From positions 12,390,213-12,454,212 of the forward strand of contig OZ234493.1 in NCBI GenBank assembly GCA_965153455.1: a DNA stretch of 64,000 bases, given 5' to 3'. This document shows, piece by piece, positions 1-13,900 of this stretch (position 1 is the first letter of the stretch; the number at the start of each line of letters is the position of its first letter). The notes under the pieces are model-generated. The model searched no databases, was not told the origin of the DNA, and worked only from the letters and a program-made list of their open reading frames with translations. The stretch comes from Sphagnum compactum (lineage: Eukaryota). Position numbers and translations under genes: made by a program.

Positions 1-3000
1 GGATTTTTTACATCAATATTTTCAATTTGGGGTTTTATTACAACATTTTGAAATTTAGTTCACACATTTGATGTAATTTTGGGGGATTACTTCTGATAAT
101 TTCATCAATTTATTAACTAATTCTTACATTTTCTGGTTTGTTATCAAGATTTAAAGCTTAGGTTCATTGATTTGAGGTGTGTTTCCAACATCAAAAATAT
201 TATTTCCAACATTTTAGCTGAACTTGGGGACTATTTTGATTTTGGTTTTTTATTTGGCAACTATTTCCAACATTTAAGGTGAATTTGGTGACTATTTCAT
301 TAAAATTCATGAATTTGGCAATTGTTTGATTAGATTGAAGTTCACTTCCAACATTTACGTCACCTTTTCCAACATTTCACATCTATTTCATTGAATTTCA
401 TGATTATTTCATTAAAAGTAGGTTTGTTTCAAGTTTTGAAAGTATGTTTAGTATGTTGTTCAAGTTAATAAACCGAAATTAACCCCATTTCAAGTGTTGC
501 AAGTTTGTTCCTACTTAGTTCAAGTCTATATACCTATATTGATGATTCTTTCAAATCATCAAGTGATCATGAAGAGTCCCATGTGATTTTACAAGCATCT
601 AGGTTTGATTCCAAAATGAAAAACATTGAGATGTCATCTAGTCAACCACTAGCAAAGGTCTCAAGGAAGGAGAAATGGTTCGAATTCTTATGGAATCACT
701 CCATTTGAACATCAAGGCCACAAGTTATCACTTCAATTTTTCAAAATCCTCAAAAGACAAAAAAAAAAATGACATAGTTTATACTTAGCCTTGTGTGAAA
801 GGTGGTATATGTAGGTTACAAAACAACTTATCCCAAATGCATCTTCTAGGAGGATATTTTAAAGGATCAACTTTGGGAAACTTTGAAAGAGGTGAAGATT
901 GGGACAAGAAAGTTGTGTTGCATAGTGAAAACATCTTGACACAATTGAAGGTAACAAATGGACATGCCACCCAAAATGTTTTCAAAAGATGGTAAAGTGT
1001 GATTGATGGGACATCTACCCCCCCCTCCCCCCCCAATACCTAGGCCCCCTATTCTTCCTATGGTCTTTGAATTTATTAACATTTAATCTATCATTTAATT
1101 TGAGCCCTAACTTGACATGTACTTCAAATGGAAAAACACACAAAAAGGTGAAAATGTTGTAATCATAGTCTAGCAATCTTGCCACCATGGCATGGGAGAT
1201 GGTGATCAACATTGAATATTAAAAAATTTTAATCAAAGCAAGGATTGAGGTTAACATAAAGAAGAAGAGAATGGTGAGGCTTACTAATTTTATAATGATT
1301 AAAGACCTATGAGTTTTGACAAATGTAAAATTTAACACAAAGGTCAAGGATGTTTTAAACTTGTAGCTAGAAGTCCACTCATTGAACCATGATATGCAAG
1401 GATCTTTGTTTCAAGGCATGTGGATTTTGATGAAAGTTTCATCAATGAATTTGATACAACTTTAGACTCCAAAATGTGTTTATAAGGGTATTCCACTCCT
1501 TAGTAGTAGGCCATTGGATATTGTCACCTATAGCCTCATTAATGCAAGATGTAATGAAAATTGCATCATCACATATTGTATTTTTATTTTATTTACACAT
1601 GAATGTGTTGTACATGACTACGTTGTTATGTTTCATGTATATGATAAATTGGAGTAGTTGATATTATAGGTTCAACTTAATTAATTACCTTATACAATGT
1701 GAACTTTAACAGTGAATCACACATGGGCCTTGATGGGTTTAGGGGACCATTAATGGAGTTAACTTATCAAATTCTAATAGATTAAAGTTTGCTAAAACTT
1801 TGAACAAACTTAGAATTGATCACATTGGGAAGAGCACATCCCAAATACTCACCTCTCAATCAATTGATTACCTGACATTTGGTTCTAATTCATTTGTGTT
1901 GAATAGCTTGAATGTGGTAATGCCCATTACTACAACTATGTACATGATTTGATGTTGCTTGCGTGTTTTTTGAAACATTTCCTCATCACTACTTGATGAA
2001 AAGCCATTGAAATCAACAATGTCCGAAAAGACATCATTACCATAAAAAAAACCCCATGAAACATAAGAAGAAACCCCAAAACAAGTCTTAAATAAACCCT
2101 AAGAAGACTTTTATAATTCCAAGAAAAGCCCAAAAAGAAACTTTAAAACAAAAACAATAAAAAGTTATGAAAACAATAAAAAATCAAAGGAACTCCCACA
2201 AGTGAAAATGGAAAATTATGAATAGTTCTTTCTAATGAGTGAAGGAAAAAATAGTAATTCTCACAAGTGAAAATGAAAAAATCATTCCAAAAACCAAAGT
2301 TCAACCCTCAAGGCTCAATATATACTAAAACCTTAATTCTAGAAACAAAATTCAAGCTTCAACAACATATATGGAAACCCTAATTCCAAAAACAAAGGAT
2401 TATGTAGTTCACCAAATTTGTGAAGCTTGATAAGTTAGGACTCATGGCTATATTGTAAATTCTAGATTGTAATGTGCATTGAGTTTGCATTTCGACAAGT
2501 TTGGAGTAGACTCCACTATCTAGAATCCAGACTCTGGAGTTTAGACAACAATGTTGCAACTTGTACCAACATCCATCACGATTCATTGAATCACTAACAA
2601 CATCTGAGGCTTGAAAAACCATACCCGAATCCAACTATTGGAACTTGGCAATTGCATTAACCTAGAAAGGACCAAACATTAAACCTTAATGATTAACCTT
2701 CAAGTTCATTGGCGAGGCTTGGGCCTTGAAAGGATTAGCTTCTAAGGCTTGAGCATTGCAAGTTGCAACATGCTTGAAGCTTGAACATTAAACCTTAATG
2801 ATCATATCTGGATTTTGCAACAAATCCAAGCTTCAAAAAGGAAAAGGTTCGAACTTATACCTTGTACAAATGTTTCATGAAGTAGTGCCATAGTAGGTTA
2901 TGTTGTTATAGGCGAACGAACCTCCACTGTTGGTAAGAACTTTGGCAATTGAAATTACATCAAAGAGTGATTGGCGATGTCGTGTTCAAGCATGTAAGGA

Positions 3001-3702
3001 GCCTTGATGAATTAAGGAAAAGATCATCAAAACTGAAAGCATAGTCATGGATGTGGATAAAGTAGTGACAAACATGAGAGAATGAAAAGGCGCCTCTTTC
3101 CTTATCACGGTCGAAAATGGAAAACCCTAACCCTAGGGAGGAGCCATTTGGCACATCCATATAAAAAAAATGAAGGCCATACAATGGCAGCATGTGTCTA
3201 TTTTTATTGGGTTGTCTTGCAAATCAGGTAAGGCCAAAAGAGATATTCGGCGAATTTTCAAACATATATATATTTTTTCAAGCTTAGATGTGGCCAGTCC
3301 CCTTGGGAAAGGTAGGGAGTTAGCTAATATTGGCTAGTAAAAGAAAAGCTGGGGTGAAGACATGGTGACTACATGGTGACTTTACGGCTAACTCTATTGA
3401 ACCTATCTCAATTTCAATATAACACATATATGAAGTGGTAAGAATCCTTCCCCCCCTATGCTCCCAAGTCTAGAAATGTTTAGGTTCATGATAATATTTG
3501 GCTTTCAAATGGATAATGGCATAGGATGGCTCTTTAAGGACTTAAATGACAAGTAGAAAGAGTTAAGTCAAGTTGGTAATACTCTTATTAGTGTCAGCTT
3601 AAAGACCAAACCCACTTTTGCTAAACAGGCTGCTCAACTCTTTTGCTAAACATTGGCTCGTGCAAAGGCACTTCCAACATCTTAAAATCTTGTCATATTG
3701 AT

Positions 3703-3862
3703 GAAACCCTAAACCCTAAACCAGTAAATAAAGCACCCAGCAAAGGGGAAGAAAGAAGGAAGATGAAAACCCTTTGAGTCATATTCATATCCCCGTTTCA
3801 CCAAATTAACTACTCATACACCACCAAACTTGATGTTAAACCCTAAACCCTAAACCCTAAAC
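3703..3862. repeat. Interstitial plant telomere repeats (AAACCCT)n
   Basis: Two to three units at 3703-3722 and 3838-3862. Other short runs occur at about 25092, 37030, 53857 and 56276. Confidence 0.85.
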
Positions 3863-4062
3863 CTGTGCGTAGGTGGGGTACCTATTCACATTGTGTATAT
3901 GGAGGACAGCAGCAGGTAATGTACTAGAGAATGGGCCATCTAGGCCCTAGGGCTGATTCTAGCTCCCTAGCAAGTGCATGGGTGATGGTGAGCATCTTGG
4001 GCCGAGCCTATGAGGAATAGGGGTGGACTAGACCAACAGGGCCAGAACCCTAACTGGGTTAA

Positions 4063-4176
4063 TGGTAGAAACTAGAAACCAGTTGGGCCAGTTAGGAGGG
4101 TTGTAGACCAGACCAAGAAGCAAGCAGCCCAGTACCATAACTGGCCAACAACACTACTGGTTTCTAGTTTCTACCA
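4063..4176. other. Long fold-back hairpin with perfect 21-bp outer arms; candidate MIRNA/hpRNA or small foldback element
   Basis: TGGTAGAAACTAGAAACCAGT (4063-4083) is the exact reverse complement of 4156-4176. Inner stems GGCCAGTTA/TAACTGGCC and GGGTTGT/GCAGCCC. Confidence 0.6.
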
Positions 4177-4243
4177 GTAAGGACCATGATGAGCCTTCAC
4201 ACAGGCAACTGGACTCTTGGCAGGGCCTAAACTTATAGACCTC

Positions 4244-4245
<2 letters not shown>

Positions 4246-4294
<49 letters not shown>

Positions 4295-4295
4295 G
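4246..4295. repeat. (CT)n(CA)n compound microsatellite
   Basis: Directly visible in the sequence. Confidence 0.95.
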
Positions 4296-4699
4296 ACAGC
4301 AACTGAGTTTTGACTTGGAGTGGGGAGTGGGGAAATCCCAAGAGGGATTGGACAGTAGGTACTACCAAGGATCATGTGTCATGTCCTCTCTTTTGCAAAT
4401 TTGTGTCAGAGGGACCAACAACAGACTCCATCCAGAGTGAGTTGCAGTTGGCCATAGGGCTTTCTACATACACGTGTTGTGAGTTGCTTTTGCCATTGAC
4501 ACACAAGTGTTGTCTTTCCAGCATTGATTTCAATGTCACTATTATGCCAGTTCCGAAATTAGGTCTGAATTTCCAAGCTTCAAAGTTCCTACTTCTTTGA
4601 GCTCCAAGCCAAGCTCAAACTCAGCTACCACACCTACCTGTTGTTGTTGTTCCTCACAAGTCAGAAGCACCCACCACCCACCTTTCCATTTTTTTTATA

Positions 4700-5300
4700 A
4701 AAACAATTTGGCGAAATTTCGCCAAAAAAACGAAGTAAGTTCATTACAAAAGTTCATATGAAGTGATTTTCAATGGAGGTTTTCAATCGCCAGAAGTGAG
4801 AAAGAAACAAAAGTTTTAAAATCGCCAGATCTTTCTCTATATTTGGTTTTCATTGTGTAGTAGCCAAAACTATTGAAGGATGATAAACATATTTGTACTT
4901 CATAATCTGGTATATAGCCAGATTTGGCTAAATCTTCTTATGGATGGATGATCGTCAAATTTTCTACATCTTCTTATGGATGGATGATTGCAATTTTCAA
5001 ATTCCTAAAGAAATACTGCTCAAGTTCAGTGATTTTTATTTTATTTTGTGAAAATTTGAAACCTAACAACTACAACAACAAAAAGAAGGCCCTTGCAAAA
5101 CAAGTTCAAAGTTTTTTTTTTTTTTGGAAAAACAATTTGAAGGCGCCATATTTAGACAATATATTTAGACACATGTTGCCAAACTATACCACGATTCCTA
5201 AACTTGTCTACTTTCCTCTTGGAATGATGTGTAGTAGCCAAATTTGAGAGATGTGTAGCCAAATTTGGCTAAGTTAGTTCTCTTGTGGATGATCACCAAC
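4700..5300 (+). repeat. Abundant dispersed AT-rich repeat family (TAGCCAGATTTGGCTAAATCTT...GATGATC)
   Basis: The same core motifs recur at about 17900-18030, 41500-41800, 42330-42500 and 57000-57250. Confidence 0.7.
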
Positions 5301-5334
5301 CCACCTACCTCACAATTGGGGGGAAAAAAAATAA

Positions 5335-5631
5335 GGGGGTGTGTCACAATGTGGGCCTTGCCATTTACATTAAAAAGGTACCTTAAGGCAAAAGAAGAAG
5401 AATTATGGAAACTCAAATATTTCACCCATGCAAAAAATATAATAATCTTCACAAAAAAAAATCCTCTAAACGAAACCCAAATCCTTCAAGATATTAGAAC
5501 TCTATAACTAATAATCTCAAGTTTCAACACAAGTCAAGATATCATCATGTTTCAAAAATCCTCATATAAAAATAGACCTATTATTATTAATAATAATTAT
5601 GACCTAGAGGCCAAAATCCCTTAAGCTACTA
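5335..5631 (+). repeat. About 290-bp dispersed repeat (GGGGTGTGTCACAATGTGG...CTTAAGCTACTA)
   Basis: Near-identical inverted copy at 44197-44483, diverged direct copy at about 42623-42886, partial copy at 41401-41476. Confidence 0.85.
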
Positions 5632-5770
5632 AACTTGTTTCTTGCCAGTTTCTTTTCATTGGTATTCTCATTAAGGGTTTTTAATCTCATATATATATGT
5701 AAAACTGTGTTGTGAATAAATAAATAAATAAAAAGAAACCTCTGGTAATAAAAAGGACTTGTTTCACTAA

Positions 5771-5986
5771 TGGTGCATTCACACTTGATGTTAAATCAAT
5801 GTTAAATGAAAGTCTAGGTGGCATCCTAGGTGGCACCCAATGTTAAATGGGCCGATAGCTTAATGTTAAGTAAACATTAGTTTAATATAAAATCTTCACA
5901 ATAAGTCAGTTTTTAAGTCTTGAATGACTCGAATGGTGTTAAGGGACTCAGCACTAGAGTCCCTAACACCAAGTGTGAACGTACCT
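5771..5986. mobile_element. Tourist/PIF-Harbinger-like MITE, copy 1
   Basis: TIRs TGGTGCATTCACACTTG...CAAGTGTGAACGTACCT with TAA target duplication (5768-5770 and 5987-5989). A second copy lies in inverted orientation at 19658-19870. Confidence 0.85.
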
Positions 5987-6149
5987 TAAGTGAAAAATCT
6001 CATTGGAAACTTGACCCTGTGTTAACCAACATTGCACCATATTTAACCTGTTTTCCCAAACCCTGACCTCCATACTACGCTCCCACCTAGCTACATTGCT
6101 GACCTACATCTTGGCCCTACCTACCTACCTACCTACCTTTTATCATTTC

Positions 6150-6762
6150 CCTACTAAACCTCTATCGCCATATAAATTTTTATTTTTATTTTTTTGACTA
6201 AACCTTTACCTCTTGGTAAACCCTTTATATATTCATAAATAAACCTCTATCTTTTGGCAAAAACTTTATTTCTTCTCAATTGAACCTTTATTTTTCCACA
6301 AAACTTTTATTTCTTCTTGGCTACATTTTTATATCCTCTTAACTAGACTTTTATCTTTTAGCAAAATCTTTATATATTCTTGACTAAACTTTTATTGACA
6401 AAACCTCTATATCTTCCTAACTAAACCTCTACCTTGGCAAAATCCCTACCTCTTCTTAGCGAAACCTTTATATCTTCGTAACTAAACCTCTTCCTTTTGG
6501 CAAAACCTTTATATATTTTCGAACAAAAATTTACCTTTCAACAAAACCTCTATTTTTTCTTGGCAAAACTTTTATATTTTCTAAACTAAACCTTTATTTT
6601 CTTAGCAAAATTTGTATGTCTTCTTGGCTGAACCTTTATATATTCTTGATTAAACCTCAACCTTTTGGCAAAACCTTTATCTCTTCTTAGCTAAACATTT
6701 ACCTCTTGACAAAACCTCACTATTTCCTAACTAAACTCCTACTTTTCAATAAAACCTCTTTA
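6150..6762. repeat. Degenerate about 20-bp minisatellite (AAACCTTTATATCTTCTTGRC-like)
   Basis: More than 20 imperfect tandem units beginning AAACCT(T/C)TA. Confidence 0.8.
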
Positions 6763-7149
6763 CTAACTTGAGGTGAGCATTGCCAATTGATAAAATTTGA
6801 AGTGAACTAAAACATATATATTTATATTGGTATTGTACTACCTTGAATTAATAAAATTTTGTAATTTAAATGGAGATATATAATTTTTTTTTCATATTCA
6901 TTTTTTGCAATCAAATTTACATCCAAATTAAGGTATTGCATTTTCTCAATTATCTTCAATTTCAACCTACCAATGTAATGGTTGTGAATTTTGAAATGTA
7001 CCCCTAATGCAATTATTGCATTCATGAGTCTCTATGCCTTATGTTTGATACCTACAATAAATATTTAAGTAGGACTTAAGGGTTGTGTTCAATTAGATAT
7101 ATATATATATATATATATAGATATATATATAACAAGTTCAATTCATTTT

Positions 7150-8160
7150 TTCTTTTTTGAAGGGAAGTGGAGACAAATCTCAATATGAAAGGTGAGATCA
7201 ATATTTTTTTCCCCTTGTTTAAAGTTTTCATTTCAATAAATTCCAAAAAATTTAAGTAATTTTCATAAAATTTTATTTATTTTGAAAAACCATTTTCATT
7301 TATTAAAATAATTCCGACCATTCATTTACCTTTTAGGGTTTGTTAGTTGATGTTTTGCAAAATTAGGATTTGTAGACGTGTGAAGATAACCCATGTTTAA
7401 CTATGTTCCCATTTTAACATAAAAGTAGCTCAAATTTTAAATTCATAATTATTGGGCCTCAATAAGAAAGGTGGGGTATTACACTTGTAGTTTGAAACAA
7501 CACATTGAAGGTTGGATTTTTTTTTAAGGAGAGTGAAGACAACTTTCAATATAAAAGGTAAAGGTTTAATTGTTATTTTTGTTTCATTAAAGGATTTAAT
7601 TTCATGATTAACATTTGTATTTGTATTTTTTTGCTTATTAAAATAATAGTTTCCAATGCATATACCACTTGTAGGGTTTAGGTTGTGTATTTGTATGGAA
7701 GATTAAGGTTTGCATAAATGTGAAAGTAATGCATGTTTAACCATGATCAAGTTTTAATATTTATGAAAGTAGATCAGTTTTTATATTAAGGTCATAATGA
7801 TTGAACCTCAAGAGAAAGGTGGGGTGGTACTCTTGTAAATCAAAGAAACACATTGAATGTTGGATCCAACTTGCAAAACAACAAAAACAACTTTTCAATT
7901 AAAACGATAACAATAGCAATTCTATTTTTTTTTTAATAAAGGTTTTTGTGTCATGAAGTTTCATTCTTTTCTTGAATTAGTTTCTTGTTAAAATAAGTCT
8001 TAAATAATATTTGTGCATTTCCATTTTTTTTTTATTAAAGTGATTATTGGTGATGTACATCCCAATTGTAAGGTTTAGATTGTGTATTGGTATGGAAGAT
8101 TAACGTTTTCCAACATGTGGGGGTATATTCATGTTTATCCATGTTTATAGATTTTGACAT
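7150..8160. repeat. About 370-400-bp degenerate tandem triplication upstream of the MULE relic
   Basis: AGAAAGGTGGGGT...CACATTGAA.GTTGGA at about 7463 and 7813; GGTTTAG.TTGTGTATT.GTATGGAAGATTAA at about 7675 and 8072; CATGTTTA.C.ATG occurs three times. Confidence 0.7.
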
Positions 8161-8199
8161 GGGTTCCTTTCTTGTAGGGCAAATTTTGGAAAGTCATAA

Positions 8200-10920
8200 T
8201 CATGGGATGAACTCCCAAATCTCAAAGTATAGAGGTCCCAAACCCTTCAAAGTCGCCATTTTCAAATGTGGATTGGTGTGAAAAAATGGTGAGTGATATG
8301 GAGGTACAAACAAACTCTCCATTGAATGTGCATATATATCACATGCATGTGTTCATGAATTCTTGGAAGGTGAATGAGGTGATTTGCATACCCTAGTAAA
8401 GTGGAACATTTTAGAAAGTGTGCATGTGCAAAAGAATATCAAGAACTCAACAATTACGCACCACCTTGGGTATACTTGGTAAATGTCATATTACGTACCT
8501 TTGTCATTTGATGTTAGTATGTTACACTTCACACAAGTAGGTTAGGTTTATCAATCACATGAATGTGTTGTAGGTATGAATGTGGGTATGGCCCAAATGA
8601 TTAGTGCAAAAACCCAAACCAAGAAAATATATTAAACATAATTGTTTAACCACGTATTCCATCAAATAATTGTACATATGGCTTGAGGTTGTAAAGATAT
8701 TCTTTTACCATTGTGCACACACCCAAGAAAATGGTGAACCTACACATGGCCAACATGATCCTAAATTCATGGCTTGCATGTCACAATATGCTCCACGAAT
8801 GTCCCAAGCTCTTAAGGATCATATTTGGACCAAAATTGAATTTGGGTCACACCAACAAACAAATATATGACCAACATAAGGCAATTTGGTGGGCATATAG
8901 GTCAATGCAGGAGAAGTTATGACACATGATGATTTTATTAAACAACAAGATATTGTCTGTTTGGATTGAAAACATAAAATAGGAAATTGGCGTTTACATA
9001 AAAACTTGGTCATTTCTATTCAAAGATGAACATTTAATCATTCTAAAAATGATTTTTATTTCCAAGATGCAGGTGAAGTAAATGGGATTGAAATTCCATT
9101 CACAGTTGGGATTCAAATTCTTATGCAATTGCAATCTATGATCTCATGTGTCCACAATGAGCTAATATCAATGGATGCCACATTTGGCATCAATGATGTG
9201 AAATTTCATTTGTTCACATTGATTGTGTTTCATGCACATTACATTGGAGTGCCAATGGCTTTGATTATGACATGTTGAAAAAAATGCGAAGATTTGGTGG
9301 AGTGGTTAATTCTACTTAAAGTATAACTTTTATCATACATGCCCAAATGGAAATTTTTTTTTCATTTGATGATGCCCCACAAGAATTGCATGCATTGCGA
9401 TGAATCTTATTTTCCTTCCATAATTGATTTGTTTATTCAAGTGTTTTAATGTGCATGATTTGGATTTATGCTAAGATAATAATGTTGACCATTTTATTAT
9501 ATGCATGCATAGGATTGTGTGGAGCCAAGATGATGTGCCCATTTTCCTTTGTGCATAACATGCTTTGAAGCCATGGTGCTTACTACCAATGGAAAAAATC
9601 AAGGATTTAAAGAGGAGCAACTTGCAATATTTGATGACCTACATGAGGTCATGTACATGTCCATCAACCCATATGAAACCATTGAATCCTTAAAAGATTG
9701 TGGGAGATAAAAGGTGATTTAAAGCTTTGAACAACATAAGTCAACTAGTGAATCATGGACACGATACTTTTGGGCTTACTATTGTCCATTAGATATGTTA
9801 GTGCACATTCATTATTGCATTGTTATTTTTCATTATTCTACAGATGCAACTTTTTCATTCCTTGAGTTATTCTATAAACAATGCAACTTATACTTTTTCA
9901 TGCACATTGTGTGTTGTTGGAGAATTGTGGATGCTTGGTCTTTAATGACTTATACCACATTTTGACCAAGATACACAAACAAATGTAGAATCTGAGCATG
10001 GAACATTGAAGCATTAGTTTTCCCTTGAGAAAAAGGGACATGGAAGGAGTTGCATTGATTGGTTAGTACGGAGGTTAACCACAACAATAACAAGACACTA
10101 CATGCATATGATGGAAATGAAGAAATGAGGTTTTATAAAAAATAAAGTCATGGAATGCAACATCAAAGTAAGCATTGAGAAGGTGCCATTAATCCCACCC
10201 AATCATGTTTTCCAACCCACCTTTGAAGGTGAGGAGGATGGTGGTATTTGGACGGTTAAGAATCAACAACATTCAAATGTCATTTACAAAGTTTAATCCC
10301 CTTTCATCAAACATGCATTTTGCACATGTGAATGGGCAAGTGAGAATGTTTGCAAACATCAAGTTCTCAAGTTCTCTTAACAAGTATTGATTTTACCAAA
10401 GAGAATATCATGAAATATTGTGGAACATGGTTTGGATCCAATCACATAGGTTTGTAAACCATGTTTGTAGATATGGGTTATTTGCAACTTGATGTTGGAG
10501 GCTTGGGTGATAAGGATAAACAAAATATTCAAGTCAAAGAACTGGGAGTCATTAACATTGGAGGTTTCATGACCATGAATGTCGACATCCTTGATACAAA
10601 TGAAGATTCAAACATAATTAGCGAGCTTGAAATCTCACTTGGAGATAACATTGTCTTGATTACAAAATGAAATGCACAAGATCACCAATGGATGCAAAGA
10701 AGGTGGAGTCCAATTCTATACAACCATGCGAAATCATTATTGAAAGTTGTTGCATCAAATATCCGAAACATTTGATTTATTCGAGTCAACAAATCATTGC
10801 ATCCAAGAATGGGCTTTCAAGGTGTGGATGATGGCACGGGAAATTCAATTAACCTAATGAGAACTTGACATGAATCCATGTTCAAGCATGTAAACACTCA
10901 TAAGAAGAGAGATCATGAAT
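8200..10920 (+). mobile_element. Degenerate Mutator/MULE-type transposase with SWIM zinc finger (pseudogenised)
   Basis: Frame-broken translations: ISMDATFGINDVKFHLFTLIVF (about 9165-9230, MULE DDE first Asp), IFLCA*HALKPW (about 9541, CxxH motif), AFCTCEWASENVCKHQ (about 10315-10362, SWIM CxC...CxH). Many stops and frameshifts. Confidence 0.8.
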
Positions 10921-13900
10921 AGATAATGTTCAAAATGTTGAAGACTTATGCATGAATATCCATGACACCACGTTGAAATCCCTTATTCATTAACCATTTC
11001 AATAGTACAATATTTGGTGTCTGGATTTATTTTATCATTATTATTAGTGAGAAGTGTTAGTGCCCATTAAGTGAATGCTACTTGACAATAAAATTCCTTG
11101 CACCATTTATAAGGTTTGAACATGTTGCATTTAATTTACCTTTAGAAAGAAGCAATATTTTTTATCATAATTGATTGCCCATGGAATTTCCAAAGACACT
11201 ATGTCAAAATAATAATATAAAAACACACATGTAGGTATTGCATAGTCAATGTCAAAAAGGTGAATTGAACTGACCAATTGAAGGAATAAAATGAGGTTTT
11301 AATGAAAATGACATATGCAAGTATTGAAATTGGTTTGTGGGAATTGTGGGAGTTTACAAAAACACAAATGCAAGTATTGCTTGTTTGGTTTCCCCTAAAA
11401 AGGTCATATATATGATAATCATGGTTATATGTGAGTATTGCATAGACAGTAGAAATACACAATAAGTTTTAAGGAACATATACACATGCATTGCATGTTT
11501 ACTTCCCATAAAATGAAGGTTATCATATTCATAAATGAATATTGTAAATATATAATAAACTTTAATAATTGTATGAAGGTATCAAGAAGGTTCAGTGATG
11601 CACACAATGAAGGTTATCATGTGTTAACATCATATAATACCGATAATTCATTTGTTCAGTTTGATCAATATTTACATGAATGTGGTTATTCCACTTCCAA
11701 TTTGATTCCATGCAGTGAAGGATTTGGGATAAAATGTGGGTATTGCAAATAAGTTGGCATTTGCCATTATAATAACATTTATCTTTTGGGATACAAGATA
11801 AGTTGAATTTCATAAGGAAGTATTGCACAAAATGAAAATATGTTTTGAACTTAGTGACCATTGTAATACCCATATTTTATGGCATAAACTCTAATGAAAA
11901 CCCCTAGGGGTTAATGTATGACCCTCATGTTCATTACAAATTGGACTTTAAATCCAAGGTGCATTTTCAATAAGTTTAATATCATCACAATTTTTTTGCA
12001 AAAGTGCAATGGGGAAAAGTCTTACAAAAAATCCATCATAGAAAAAGTTACAAAATGTCATTGAACAAAATGTTACAAAAATGTGTGTCCATAACATCCC
12101 AAAACTAGATTATGTACATGTGTTAGTCATATTTTTGTAACAAGTGATTTACCTTAACATGTGACAAAACCTAACCAATAACAGAATGCGATAAGTGATA
12201 TGACAACATGTTAGGTGACATGTCAACATGTAGATAATCAACCAATAGTTTACAGAACCAGTAGTTGGTAGAACATGTAATATGCAAAACAAATAATTTT
12301 AAATAAGTAATTATTTTTTTGAATTTTGGAACTATTAATGTATATATTGGCTAGCGATTATTTGAATGGCCTATTCAAACTGTTTAAATTTTGAAATAAC
12401 TTATATATAAGTAGGAGAACAAAATGAGATGAATAATGGGATTTTTTGTTTTTTGTTTTTCTTTTCAAACTTGAAATGGAAATGGAGCATTTTATTTTCA
12501 ATTTTGTATTCTTGAAATTTTTGTGATATTGAATACATTTGTTTTATAATTGTACATAGGATTTAAATTTTTATTTTAAATGTACCTATTATTATTTTAT
12601 TGAACTTGTTACTGAAAATAGAAGAAATTCCAAAACCTTTGATGGGAATAGACAAAAACCCCATTAAAATTTAGTGACCATGTTAGGGATCAAACCCAAA
12701 ATCTCCAATTATAGTCATCAATTAGTACATTAGAAATGGTTGAAAGAGCTATCAACCAACCTATTGCAAATGAAAAGGTCAACATAGAATTTCCTAGAGT
12801 TAACATTTTGAAAAGGAAATGTAGTTCTGAGAAAGGGATAATGTTACCCATAATTCTTTGTAAACCGTACTTTGATGGACGAGTAACCATTAATTGATGA
12901 ACCGGTACTAATTGTAGAAATATTAATAATTTAATCAATGATAAGCTTAACTTGTAACACATGTTGAATTGATATTTGATACAACAAATAGTTGACAAAA
13001 TAGGTAGTTGGGAGAACATGTAGCAAATTTTTGAAATTCTAATTGTTATACTAATTGAAATTCTAATAACAATTTATTGCTAATTACTATTAGTTTATTA
13101 TAATGAGGTATTTTATCAACAATTTTGACTATTTATAATAATTTTATTTGCTAGTTATTATTAATTGATTAGAACGAGGTGTTTTATGAACTAGTTATTG
13201 TTTAGGTGATTTACACAATGCATTTAAAATTCAAACTTAGAAAATAAAAGAGGTAATAGTTTAACACAAGAACATCATATCTTTATTTTTCATACTTGCT
13301 TTTTGAATTCCTAATGTACAAACTTGGAACTCTAATTTCTGAATACATTTTTGTATTTTCATTATGAGTTGGAAGACATGTGAACACTAAGTAGTTTGTA
13401 CCTATTCAAAATTTAGGAAAGGAAATTTGCATCAAGTGAGAAAAAGAAATTCCCATTAACAACATGTTATGCTTCATATGCTTAACTATATTTTTCATCA
13501 TTAATGGAATGTGCTCAATGATAAGTAGTTGTGGCTTGAGTTGTTTGATTATGCGTAATGGGTTGTATACATGACATGGATATTCAAGGTGAGGCAAATA
13601 GCCTATGACATAAAACCTTCATTTGTATTGTTGTCCATGAATCTTGTCCAATGCAAATCAAAATTATTTTTTGCAAAAAGTAATAAAAACCAAACTTGAA
13701 TAAAACCTAAACAAAAAAATATTTACACATTTATTAACCATGAATAATTTTGGATTCATGGTTAAATGAAAATGGTTGCATCTCTTTCAATTGGGATGTT
13801 TTGGAAGGACCTTGATTCTCATGCTTGGAGTCCCATGTCGCACTTACTTCCTTGGTGTATGCCACCTTGCTAGTTCTAATCAACAAAACAAGGTCATCAT

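Noticed and set aside
2380..2634. WILDSG as a copia protease motif
   Set aside because: It is isolated, with no supporting gag, integrase or RT motifs in order.
3703..3862. Telomere or chromosome-fusion scar
   Set aside because: Only two to three units; such short interstitial AAACCCT runs are scattered throughout the window.
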